Shown here: one piece after another, positions 46,001-64,000 of the stretch
How positions within the stretch are numbered: position 1 is the stretch's first letter
Layout of the letters: each line of letters opens with the position of its first letter
Source: the human T2T-CHM13v2.0 reference genome, Homo sapiens
Assembly: GCA_009914755.4 (NCBI GenBank)
Contig: CP068257.2
Coordinates: 14,208,001-14,272,000 of the forward strand
Direction of reading: 5' to 3'
DNA length: 64,000 nucleotides
Position numbers and translations under genes: made by a program
The notes under the pieces: generated by a model
Databases searched by the model: none
What the model saw: the letters and a program-made list of their open reading frames with translations, nothing else
What the model was told of the DNA's origin: nothing

Positions 46001-49000
46001 TCCATGATCCATTGCCTACAAGAAACTTCATCTCTAAAGATACACATATACTGAAAATAAAAGAATGGAAAAAGATATTCCATGACAATGCAAACCAAAA
46101 AAGAGCAGGAGTCACTATACTTCTCTCAGACAATTAGATTTCAAGACAAAAGCGATAAGGAGAGACAAAGATTGTCACTGTATAATGAAAAACGGGTCAA
46201 TTCAGCAAGAGGATATCACAATTTTAAATATATATGTACCTAATGCTGGAGCACCCAGATACATTAAGCGAGTAGAGGTAAAGAGAGCGATAGACTCCAA
46301 TACAGTAATAGCTGGAGACTTACCAACACTCCACTCTCAATATTGAACAGAGAATCCAAACAGAAAATCAGCAAAAATGCATCAGATTTAATTTGTACTG
46401 TAGGCCAAATGGACCTAATAGATATTTACAGAATATTTTATCCAATGGCTGCAGAATACACATTCTTCTCTTTGGCACATATATTATTCTCAAGGATAGA
46501 CCATAGGTTAGGTCACAAAACAAATCTTTTTTAAAAAATTTGTATTTTGGGTTTGGAGGTACATGTGAAGATTTGTTACATCGATAAACATGTGTCATGG
46601 GGGTTGTACATATTATTACATCACCCAGGTATTAAGCTCAGGATCCAATATTTCTCTTTTCTGTTCCTCTCCCTCCTTCCACCCTCCCCTCTCAAGTATA
46701 CCCCAGAGTCTATTGTTTTCTTCTTTGTGTTCATAAATTCTTACAATTTAGACAAAACAAGTCTGAAAGCATTAAAAAAAGAAATAACATCAAGCATCTT
46801 CTCTGACCATGATGGGATAGAACTAGAAATTAATAACAACAGAAATTTTGGAAACTACACAAATACATGGAAATTAAGCAATATGCTTCTGAATGAACAG
46901 TGGGTCAATGAAAAAAATTAAGAAGGAAATTGAAGAAATTAAGAAGGAAGCATATGTGCCTACATCGAAAAAGAAGAAAAACTTGAAATAAACAACTTAA
47001 CGATCCATCTTGAAGAACTAGAAAAGCAACAGCAAACCAAACCCAAAATGAGTAGAAGAAAAATAATAAAGATCAGAGCAGAAATAAATTTGAAATTAAA
47101 AAAACACAAAGGATCAATTAAACAAAAAAGTTTTTAAAAAGGTCAACAAAATTGGCAAACCTTTAGCTAGACTAAGAATAAAAGATTCAAATAAATAAAA
47201 TCAGAGATATACAAGGAGACATTACAACTGATAGCACAGAAATTTAAAGGATCATTAGTGGCTACTATGAGTAACTTATGCCAATAAATTGGAAAACATA
47301 AAATAAATGGACAAATTCCTAGACACATACAACCTACCAAGATTGAACCATGAGAAAATCCAAAATCTAAAGAGACCAATAACAAGTAAAAACAAAAGCC
47401 ATAATAAAAAGTCTCCCAGCAAAGAAAAGCCTGGGATTCAGTGGCTTCCCTGCTGAATCCTTCAAAACATTTAAAGAACGATCAATCCTACTCAAGCTAT
47501 TCCAAAAAAATACAGGAGGAGGGAATACTTCCAAACTTATTCTACAAGGTCAGTAATAACCCTGATATCAAAACCAGACAATAACATCAAAAAAGACAAC
47601 TATAGGCCAATATCACTGATGAATATTGATGCAAAAATCCTCAATAAAATACTAGCAAACCAAATTTAACAACATATTATAGATAATTCATTATGTCCAG
47701 GTTGGATTTATCCAAGGGATGCAAGAATGGCTCAACACATGCAAATAAATTAATGTGATACATCATATCAACAGAATAGAAAACAAAAACTATATGGTCA
47801 TTTCAACTGATGTGGAAAAAGCATTTGATAAACTTCAACATCTCTTCATGATTTAAAAAAACTCTCAAACAACTGGCTATAGAAGGAACATACCTCAACA
47901 TAATAAAAGGCATATATGACAGACTCATAGCTCTTATCATATTGAATGGGGTGAAACTGAAAAACCTGTCCTCTAAGATTGGGAACAAGATGAGGATGCC
48001 CACTTTCACCACTGTTATTACACATAGTACTGGAAGTCCTAGCTAGAACAATCAGACAAGGGAATGAAATAAAGGACATCAAAATTGGAAAGGAAGAAGT
48101 CAAACTATTCTTGTTTGAAAATAATATGATCTTATATTTAGGAAATCCTGAAGACTCCACCAAAAAACTATTAGAACTGATAAATTCAGTAAAATTGCAG
48201 GATACAAAATCACCATAGAAAAATCAGTGGCTTTTCTATATGCCAGCAGCAAACAATCTGAAAAAAAATTCAAGAAAATAATCTCATTTACAATAGCTAC
48301 AAATAAAATAAAATACCTGGGAATTAACCAAAGTAGTGAAAGATTTCTACAATGAAAACTATAAAACATTATGCAAGAAATTGAAGAGGATGCAAAAAAA
48401 TGGAAAGATACTTCATGTTGATGGATTGGAAGAATCAATATTGTTAAATGTTCATATTACCCAAAGGAATCTACAGACTTAAAGCAATCCCTATCAAAAT
48501 ACCAATGATGTTCTTCACAGAAATAGAAGAAAAAAATCATGATATTTATATGGAGCCACAAAAGACCCAGAATAGCCCAAGCTATCCTGAGCAAAAAGAA
48601 CAAAACTGGAGGAATCACATTACCTGACTTAAATTATGTTATGGAGCTATAGTAACCAAACAGCATGGAACTGGCATAAAAACAGACACATAAACCAATG
48701 GAACATAAGAGAGAACCCAGAGATAAATCTATACATCTACAGTGAACTCATTTTTGATAAAGGTGCTAAGAACATTCATTGGGGAAAGTCTCTTCAATAA
48801 ATGGTGCTGAAAAAACTGGGTATCTATATGAAGAAGAATGAAACTAGACCTCTATCTGTCACCATGTATAAAAATCAAAATGGATTAAAGACTTAAATCT
48901 AAGATCTCAAACTATGTAATTTCTATAAGAAAACATGAGGAAAACTCTCCAAAACATTGGTTTGGGCAAAACTTCTTGAGAAATACCCCATAAGCACAGG

Positions 49001-50190
49001 CAATCAAAGCAAAAATATACAAATACAATCAGGTCAAGTTAAAAATCTTCTGCACAGCAAAAGATGCAATCAACAAAGTGAAGAGACAGCCTACAGAATG
49101 TAAGAAAATACTTGCAAACTACCCTTCTGAAAAGGGATTAATAGCCAGAATCCATAAGAAGTTCAAATAACTCTTTAGGAAAAAAAGTCTAAAAATCCAA
49201 TCAAAAAATGGGCAAAAGATTTGAATAGACGTCACTCAAAAGAAGACATGGAAATAATAAATATAAAAATGTGCTCAACATCATCAATCATCAGCTAAAG
49301 TGCAACTCAAAACTACAATGAGAGATGTCTTCTCACCTCAGTTAAAATGGCTTGTATCAAAAAATCAGACAATAACAAAAGTTGACGAGGATGTGGAGAA
49401 AAGGGAAACCTGTACACGATAGGAATGTAAATTAGTACTACTATGGAAAACAGTTTGGAGATTCCTCAAACAACTAAAAATAGAGCTACCATACAATGCA
49501 GCAATCCCACATAACCCAAAATAAAAGAAATCATATATTGAAGAGTTATCTGCACTCTCATATTTATGGCAGTATTATTCACAATAGCCAAGATTTGGAA
49601 TCCACCTAAATGTTCATCAACAGATGAATGGATAAAGAAAATATGGTACATATACATAATGGAGTATTATTTGGCCACTTAAAAAGAATGAGATCCTGTC
49701 ATTTACAACAACATGGATGGAACTGGAGGTCATTATGCTAAATGAAATAAACCAGTCTCAGAAAGAAAAACTTCACATGTTCTCACTTATTTGTGGGAGA
49801 TAAATATAAAAAAAAAAAATGAACTCATGGAGATAGAGTAGAAGGATGGTTACCAGATGTTGGGAAGGGTATTAAGGAAGGTGGGGTTGGTGAAGTGGGG
49901 AGGGTTAATGTGTATAAAAAAAAATAGAATAAATAAGAACTAGTATTTGCTAGCCCAACGGGGTGACTGTAGTCAAAAATAATGTAATTGTATATTTTAA
50001 AATAATTAAAAGTGTATAACTGGATTGTTTGTAACACAGAGGATAAATGCTTGAGGTGATGGATAACCCATTTACCCTGATGTCATTATTATACATTGCA
50101 TGCATGTGTCAAAAGATCTCATGTAACCCATAAACATATACACCTACTATGTAGCCACAAAAATTAAAATTAAAAATTTAAAGAAAACTA
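43100..50190 (+). mobile_element. near-full-length older primate L1 (L1PA/L1PB-like): 5'UTR with repeated subunits, ORF1 (from ~44400), ORF2 (~45800-49800, frameshifted) and 3'UTR; carries a nested insert at 46528-46751
   Basis: Sense-strand L1 ORF1 text (atgtctggaaagcc..aaggaattcagaattctatcaaattcaacagagactgaaataattaaaaggaatcaagcag). The ORF2 EN/RT sequence follows (..ctaatagatatttacagaatattttatccaatggctgcagaatacacattcttctc..). It ends in an L1 3'UTR (..ccataaacatatacacctactatgtagccacaaaaattaaaattaaaaa). The 5' boundary is approximate. Confidence 0.8.
46528..46751 (-). mobile_element. nested 5'-truncated L1 3'-end fragment (~225 bp) inside ORF2 of the plus-strand L1, with a 12-13 bp TSD caaaacaa(a/g)tct
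   Basis: A poly-T start, then L1 3'UTR antisense (tttgggtttggaggtacatgtgaagatttgttacatcgataaacatgtgtcatgggggttgtacatattattacatcacccaggtattaa). It is flanked by direct repeats at 46516-46527 and 46752-46763, and the host L1 ORF2 sequence resumes exactly after it. Confidence 0.8.
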
Positions 50191-50194
50191 TATC

Positions 50195-51560
<1,366 letters not shown>

Positions 51561-53420
51561 TTTTTTTTCATAAAACACTGGAAAAATTATCAAAATCAAC
51601 TTCTTCAGAACTCTGGAAATTAACCAAAGGCTCGTGAAAATCTGATGAATGTTTATTCAAGAAAAGTTACTAAATCTAAGTAAGAAGAGCAAGCTTTGTG
51701 GGATTTTAATTTGCCTTATTTGCAGTCCCCTCTCCCAACTATATGGTAGCTCTGAAAACCATGGAGATAAAGATCCTTTCAGTCTAGCAACCACTGATGG
51801 AGTCAAAATGGATTTGGTGCTTCCCCAAAAGCTTCATCTCCAGATAATTGTTACTTTTTGACTCGTCTGTCAGTTCACAAGGAAAGTCCAATTCACAGTG
51901 TTTATCTTTATTGAACTGACTCAGAACATGTTCAGTGGGAAAGGTCCTGTTACAGTAGGACACACTGCGCATGCTCGCCTCCCAAGCGCAAGCCTGGAAC
52001 TGTGCACGCAGGCAGCTTACCCTAACGGAAAAATCAAGGGAAAGCCGGTGAAAGACACTGGAAGTGGGCCACCGTATAAAATCTTAGGTTCAAGGTCAAA
52101 CAGGGCACTTGACCTCCAAGATGCCTGCTTGGACCTCTTCCAAGTGTCCTTTCTTTTTTTTTCATTCCTGCTCTAAAGCTTTTTGATAAACTTCCTCTCC
52201 TGCTCTAAAACTTGCGTTGGTGTCCTTTTTCTGCCTTATGCCCCTCAGTCAAATCTTTGTTCTGAGAAGACAAGAATTGAGGTTGCTGCAGACTCATACG
52301 TATTCGCCACTGGTAACCCGGATAACTTCCACCGCTAATACTATGTCCAGGGCATTTGTGAAAACCAACAAACAAAAAACAAAACAAAACAAAAACAGCA
52401 GCAGTTATTTAACACCTAGCCGACTGAGCTGGCAATACTAGTTAGGGCAAATAAGAGACTGGCCAGAAAACATCAAAGGAAAATTTTGAGTGGAGTTTTT
52501 ATTTCTGGAAATGGTATAATCAGTTATTTCAGAGTAATACTCTGAAAAACAACAAAGACACAGGTGTACAAAATAAAGTGCATTTATCAATTTGAAGGCA
52601 TTAGAAAACTACCTAATTGGAGAATGAGATGTCCATATGGGGCTTATCAAAACCTCTGATATATACCGGGGGATCTACAAGACCATACACGTGGGTATGT
52701 CTGTGGCCCGACCAGGACAGACCTAAGCCCTTACTCTCTCACAGAAAGGAACACAAGCAGAGTGTGGTGGCCTTGTTAGCTTGAGAAGACAGAGATTAGA
52801 GCACAGAAGCTGAAGGGCTGGAGATTGTGCTGAAGAAAACTCGAGAGGAGGGAGCCATTATCATGTGTTCAGGAGTTAGAGATGTGGATATGGAGTTTTT
52901 TCTCTGGCTTCTTCCCTTTCAGGTTTTTTTTTTTTTTTTTTCCTACTTCAGTGGTATTTTTCTCGAACCAGTTTTCTGGTTCCTCAGGTAGAAACACAGT
53001 GGGATTTTTCACAATTACTTCCCACATTGCTGGGTGGCCTCAAAGACTAATTAACCCTAGGCTAAAAAGTCATGAAAAAATAGAGGTGCTTAATGTTTAC
53101 CACTCCACTGCCCTGCCTGGAGGGTGTATCCTCATCTGAGCCTGTCTGCTTTCATTCCTTCTTCAGTGCCTTTTGGTATTATGTCTAAATTTTAAAGTTG
53201 CTTCCTGATAAGTGAGTGAGTGCTCTGATAGGATCTTCCTCCATCATTAGTAGAATCTTTCTGACTGGTTAATCTCTAGAGTTGCGAAAAAAGTTGATAC
53301 TGATAAATACCTGTTAGAAACTTAATTTCTAAACATGTAACATCTGTTCTACAAATATTTACTTTAAATCTAAAGGCGATAATAAGTTTGATGTAAATAT
53401 GAACCAATAGAATGTAAGAT

Positions 53421-53558
53421 AGACTGGGTGCAGTGGTCTGTGCCTATAATCCCAAAACTTTGGAAGGCCAAGGTGGGAGAATCACTTGAGGCCAACGGTT
53501 CAAGACCAGCCTGGACAACATAGTGAGAACTAGTCTCTCAAAAACAACAATAAAAAAA
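53421..53558 (+). mobile_element. Alu left monomer only (FLAM-like, or an Alu whose right monomer was deleted), flanked by a perfect 10-bp TSD gaatgtaaga
   Basis: agactgggtgcagtggtctgtgcctataatcccaaaactttggaaggccaaggtgggagaatcacttgaggccaacggttcaagaccagcctggacaacatagtgagaactagtctc, then an A-rich stretch. The direct repeats sit at 53411-53420 and 53561-53570. Confidence 0.8.
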
Positions 53559-54151
53559 TTGAATGTAAGACATATCAAATATGCTCCCATCTCTAGTTGG
53601 CATGTAATGCCTAGCCTGCCATTCCCTGGACAAGAACAACATTATAGTCTCTGCCTCTTTCTGGAGTACACTGATCTTGCTGGAAATAGTTAAGTGAAGT
53701 TACTGTGACCGCCTAACACAGGATGGGATAGAGAATTCTTGCGAACAAAGGGTCAGCTGGGAATAAACAACAACCTAAGGAAACAGAATGACCAAATAAT
53801 AGCATAAGGTAGGACATCCCATCCCTATCAGCTGTCATAGCTTGTTTGCTTAATTGATTGATTACTTAGCTTGTTGAATGAAAATAAATATATTTTATAA
53901 CAAAAGATTGTGTTCTTGGACATCTCATTTAATTGACATCCTCAACCAAGTCTTAATTGTAGCCCGAGGTAGAATCTAACTTAAAAATGTATGCTTACAT
54001 TTAATAACTGGCTGTTGCCTCAAATACAACAGTATTGCAACATATGTACTCTAGCCATCCAGTATTTTAGTTCCCTTATTTTTTTAACATCCAAAATTAG
54101 ATATTACTATTATTAACTTATACAAGCAACTTGTTTTATATTTATATATGT

Positions 54152-54465
54152 ATTTTATTTTACCTGAGACAGGGTCCCACTCTGTCACTCAGGCTGGAGT
54201 GAACTGGTATGTTCACTGGTATGTTCACGGCTCACTGCAGCCTTGACTTCCTTTGGCTCAGGTGACCCTCCCACCTCAGCCTCCGTAGTAGCTGGGACTA
54301 TAGGCACACGCCACCATGCCTGGCTAATTTTTAAAGTGTTTTTTTGTAAAGATTGGATTTTTCCATGTTGCCCAGGCTGGTCTGAAAACTCCTGGGCTGA
54401 AGTGATCTCCCTGCCTTGGCCTCCCAAAGTGCTGGGATTACAGGTGTGAGTCACAGTGCCTGGCC
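54152..54465 (-). mobile_element. Alu SINE (AluJ-like) with an internal 13-bp tandem duplication (ctggtatgttcac x2)
   Basis: tacctgagacagggtcccactctgtcactcaggctggagtgaactgg through ggattacaggtgtgagtcacagtgcctggcc. Confidence 0.85.
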
Positions 54466-54726
54466 CATTTATTATTTTATTTGTTCAGTATTTCTTATGT
54501 CCCAGCTGTCTTCCTGTACTAAATTTTCTTTTCTGATGTACCTCTGAAGTTCATTTAGTTGAGATGATAAACTTTCAAAGGTTTGGTTTCTGAAAATGCC
54601 TTTACTTCACTCTTGTTCTAGAAATAGAGTTTGGCTATATACACAATTCTTGGGATATGTATTTTCTCTCAACACTTTAAGAGCTTTCCACTCTCCTCTT
54701 GCTTCCTTTGTTACTCTTGACATTCC

Positions 54727-54872
54727 TTTTTTTTTTTTTTTGAGTCAGGGTGTCGCCAATGGTGTGATCTTGGCTCACTGCAACCTCTGCTTCTGGGGTT
54801 CAAGTGATTCTCCTGCCTCAGCCTCGCAAGTAGCTGGGACAATAGTAGGTTCACCACCACACTCGGCTAAAT
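54727..54872 (-). mobile_element. partial Alu (right arm, with an internal ~20-bp deletion)
   Basis: T15, then gagtcagggtgtcgccaatggtgtgatcttggctcactgcaacctctgc through cctcagcctcgcaagtagctgggac, after which it diverges. Confidence 0.7.
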
Positions 54873-55183
54873 TCTGTCATCTGTCAATCATCAATCCATC
54901 ATTAATTACCTATTATGCCTTTATAGATGGTCTGTCTTTTGTAATGATTTTAAGATCCTCTTTACGGTAGTTCCTTGTTATCCATGGTGGGGATATGTTC
55001 CAAGACCCTAAGTGAATGCCTTAAACTGCAGACAGTACAGCACTCAGTTGCTGTCCATCAGAACACACTTCTGATCATCTTTTCTTCCACCTGCAAATTT
55101 AATTCCTTTTTCCATAACTAAACACTTATCATGCAGTGTGGTTGTAGTTTTTTGTTTGAGATGTGAGAGCAAAAATAGCATGA

Positions 55184-55647
<464 letters not shown>

Positions 55648-58182
55648 CAGCATCACTAATCTTGCCAAATAAGGTAGAGCCAAGTGAGGTTACTTGAACA
55701 CAAGCACTGGGATAAAACGACAGTCAGTCTGATAAGCAAGATGGCTGCTAATTGACTAGTAGGTGGGTGATGCAGTATAGTTACCCCGGACAAAGGGATG
55801 ATTCATGTTCAGAGTGAGACACAGGCAGATGATATGAATTTCATCATGCTACTCAGAAGAGTACACAGTTGGAATCTTATGAATTATTTCTGGAATTCTC
55901 CATTTAATATTTTCAGACTGTTTTTGGCTGTGGGTAACTGAAACTGTGGAAAGTAAAGCTCTGGATAAGGGATAACTATTATATTTCTTCAATGTTTCCA
56001 TTTTCACCAAAATGTTTCTAGATATATGTTTCTTTGTATTTGTCCTGTTTGGATATGTTTACAGATACCTTTTCTCCATGTAATTATTGACGGACTGTTT
56101 TATACAATTGTTAGAATCAAAATGAAGTCTCTGGTGTTAAAAACTCTGACAAATAGAGCCAGGGAAGGCCATGGAGTGAGTGTTCTTACACACAAATGCC
56201 TAACAAGGACTATCACAAAAGACAAGTCAAAATCTTCAGCCCAATATCTTGAGCAGTAATATAAGGTATCTCTAAAATGTTTCCCCACCTGCTTTGACTA
56301 GTCAAGCAAACCAAACTTGCAAACAAAATAGCAATTTGTTACTGAAAAATTCAAGGCTATTTGCAGACTTTCTTTTTATTCTACAATTCAGCCAATCTTA
56401 GCTAAAATGTAAATATTTGAATATTTAACTCTAAACTTTTTAAAAACTAAAAATGGAAAAAGGGGTAAAAGGAGCTTATTTCAAACTGCTATACTTTATT
56501 CAAAATTTTGGTCCACAGTTTTCATCAGATTACCTATTGGAACAAATAAAATGTTGTCATGTGAACAAGTCTCATTTTGTCAGAAATTTAACTTGGATCC
56601 AAGCATCCTTGTATAAACTAGTGAAGTTGTATTACCAGGTTATACTGTCTCATGACTAAAATTCTATAATGAAAGCTATCTTTATTTGTGTGTGTATTTA
56701 TGTGTGTGTTTATGCACGTTTTAAGTTGTGTCTACAAGGTAAAATCTAGCAAAGTTGGTTAGAAATCCCTTAAGAAATTTTATTCACATTGGCCTAGATA
56801 AATAAGTACTCATGAAATAAATAGCTGTTAAGCAGAATGACTTTTAGTTCCTGCGACTTAATAAATCTTTGATAATAATCTGGTTTTAAATTTGATAATA
56901 AAATACAAATAGAAATGTCTTCAAAATTGTCAGCATACATTTTTGCCTGGTTTTTATGGCCAGACAGTTTTATATTTGTCTCTGTTAGATATAAATGATT
57001 TAACTGGTTTAACTATAAACATAGCCTAAAAACAGAATAATCTTTGTGTAATAATATTAATATTGTTGGTTTAGTTAAAACAACTGTGTCTTCTGAGTTA
57101 TTGACAAAATACCCATATATTTAACTTTCTTACTTAGGAAAACACTTGATATTCACAGGCTGTCAAAGTGCTTAAAATTATGACTAATTTTGTCTAATAT
57201 CTCAGTTTTTATAAGTAATCTAGGTATAGTTAATAAAAATAAAAAATTAGACATTAAATTTCTTAAACGTTTATAAATAACTTTATGTAATTAAATATCT
57301 TAAATTTATGTTAAATTAAATGTTAGATACTCATTAAATGTCTGGGTCATTTTCAAATCAATAAAATGTTAAATATAAATTACTGAACATAAATATAACT
57401 GTGTCCTTGGCTTCTTAAATGTTATAAAAGGCTATATTTGGGTCAATTAACATGAAAAGTATGTTATAATAAACATGTTTCTAAAGTTATAAAGTGGTTC
57501 TGATATATAAATTATTGACATGTAATAAGCAATTCAAATTTCTTTGTTCTTATGTTTTTACTAAAATTAGAATTACTGAGAATTAAAAATTATAATTAAT
57601 ATATAATTCTGCATACAAAATGTAACAAAAACTAAAATGTTTTTGTTTAAAACATTATAAAAAGACAGATATATGTTTTTTGTTGAAAAATAGTTGTATC
57701 TAAATTCAGCAGTCCCTAAAGGTTGTTGCAAACTATGGAATTAGGAAAAAATAAAAACAATAAAAAAACAGTAAATAAGTGAGAGAGATGTTTAAATAGC
57801 TATACATAAAAAGATTTGTTTTTGATAAAGAATAAAAAAGGTTGAAAATTTTTGCATGAAAAAAATCTTCTATGATAAATTTTTGTCCCCAACTAAAATG
57901 ACTGGTTATTTTAAGAAAAATAAAATACAGGACACAACAAAAGGTCTAAGCATGCTGTGAAATGTCTAAGTAATAAAAAATTTTGTGAAAAATAAATTTG
58001 CAAACAAAATTTTGCATGTGATCAATTTGACTATAATTTAAAAAATTATTTGTCTTTTTAAAGATTAAGCTTTGGTAAATGTACATGCTGATTTAAAACT
58101 AAACATTTGGTCTCTATATTAGAACAACAAAGATTTCATAAAATATTTATTTGCTTGTAATAAAATTTACAAAAGGTTTTGA

Positions 58183-58514
<332 letters not shown>

Positions 58515-58631
58515 TATTTTTTTAAATTTTCAATCATCCTCTGCATGGCAGCTTTACAATTTAGAGAAACGTTTTCCCCAAGTAAAATTTAATTCTGCAT
58601 ATTTAACTTTTCTTGTCTGAATCATTCTTTT

Positions 58632-61883
<3,252 letters not shown>

Positions 61884-61956
61884 TTTTTTTTATGGCTTAA
61901 CATATTTTTAATACGTTTAGGTGAAAATAGTGTTTCGTTTCTATGAGGCTGCATCT

Positions 61957-64000
<2,044 letters not shown>

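Overview
This window is primate, almost certainly human, genomic DNA; it is not a prokaryotic or phage locus. It is AT-rich and densely packed with Alu SINEs (18 copies, several with intact target-site duplications), MIRs, five or more L1 LINEs (nested and tandem), a THE1-type MaLR LTR, a Tc1/pogo-type MITE and microsatellites. There are no CRISPR arrays, operons, or rRNA/tRNA genes, and I find no novel 'system'. The one clear functional unit is on the + strand at 11671-26310: the last six coding exons of a protein-coding gene, all with canonical AG/GT splice sites and phase-consistent frames. They are followed by a TAA stop at 25876-25878, a ~430-nt 3'UTR and tandem AATAAA signals. The 245-aa C-terminal peptide is given in finding 1 so it can be searched; I could not assign it to a family from memory. 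The ~38 kb downstream of the gene looks intergenic and is dominated by L1 (3.5 kb minus-strand L1PA; ~7 kb plus-strand older L1 carrying a nested L1 fragment; L1M pieces; two tandem minus-strand L1PA copies at the window end), plus Alus. The most interesting points are structural: an exon bracketed by inverted Alus, an Alu with a poly-T 'tail' inside its TSD, a right-monomer-deleted Alu with intact TSDs, young AluY insertions, and a nested L1 with its own TSD. All coordinates are from manual reading and are approximate to within a few bp.
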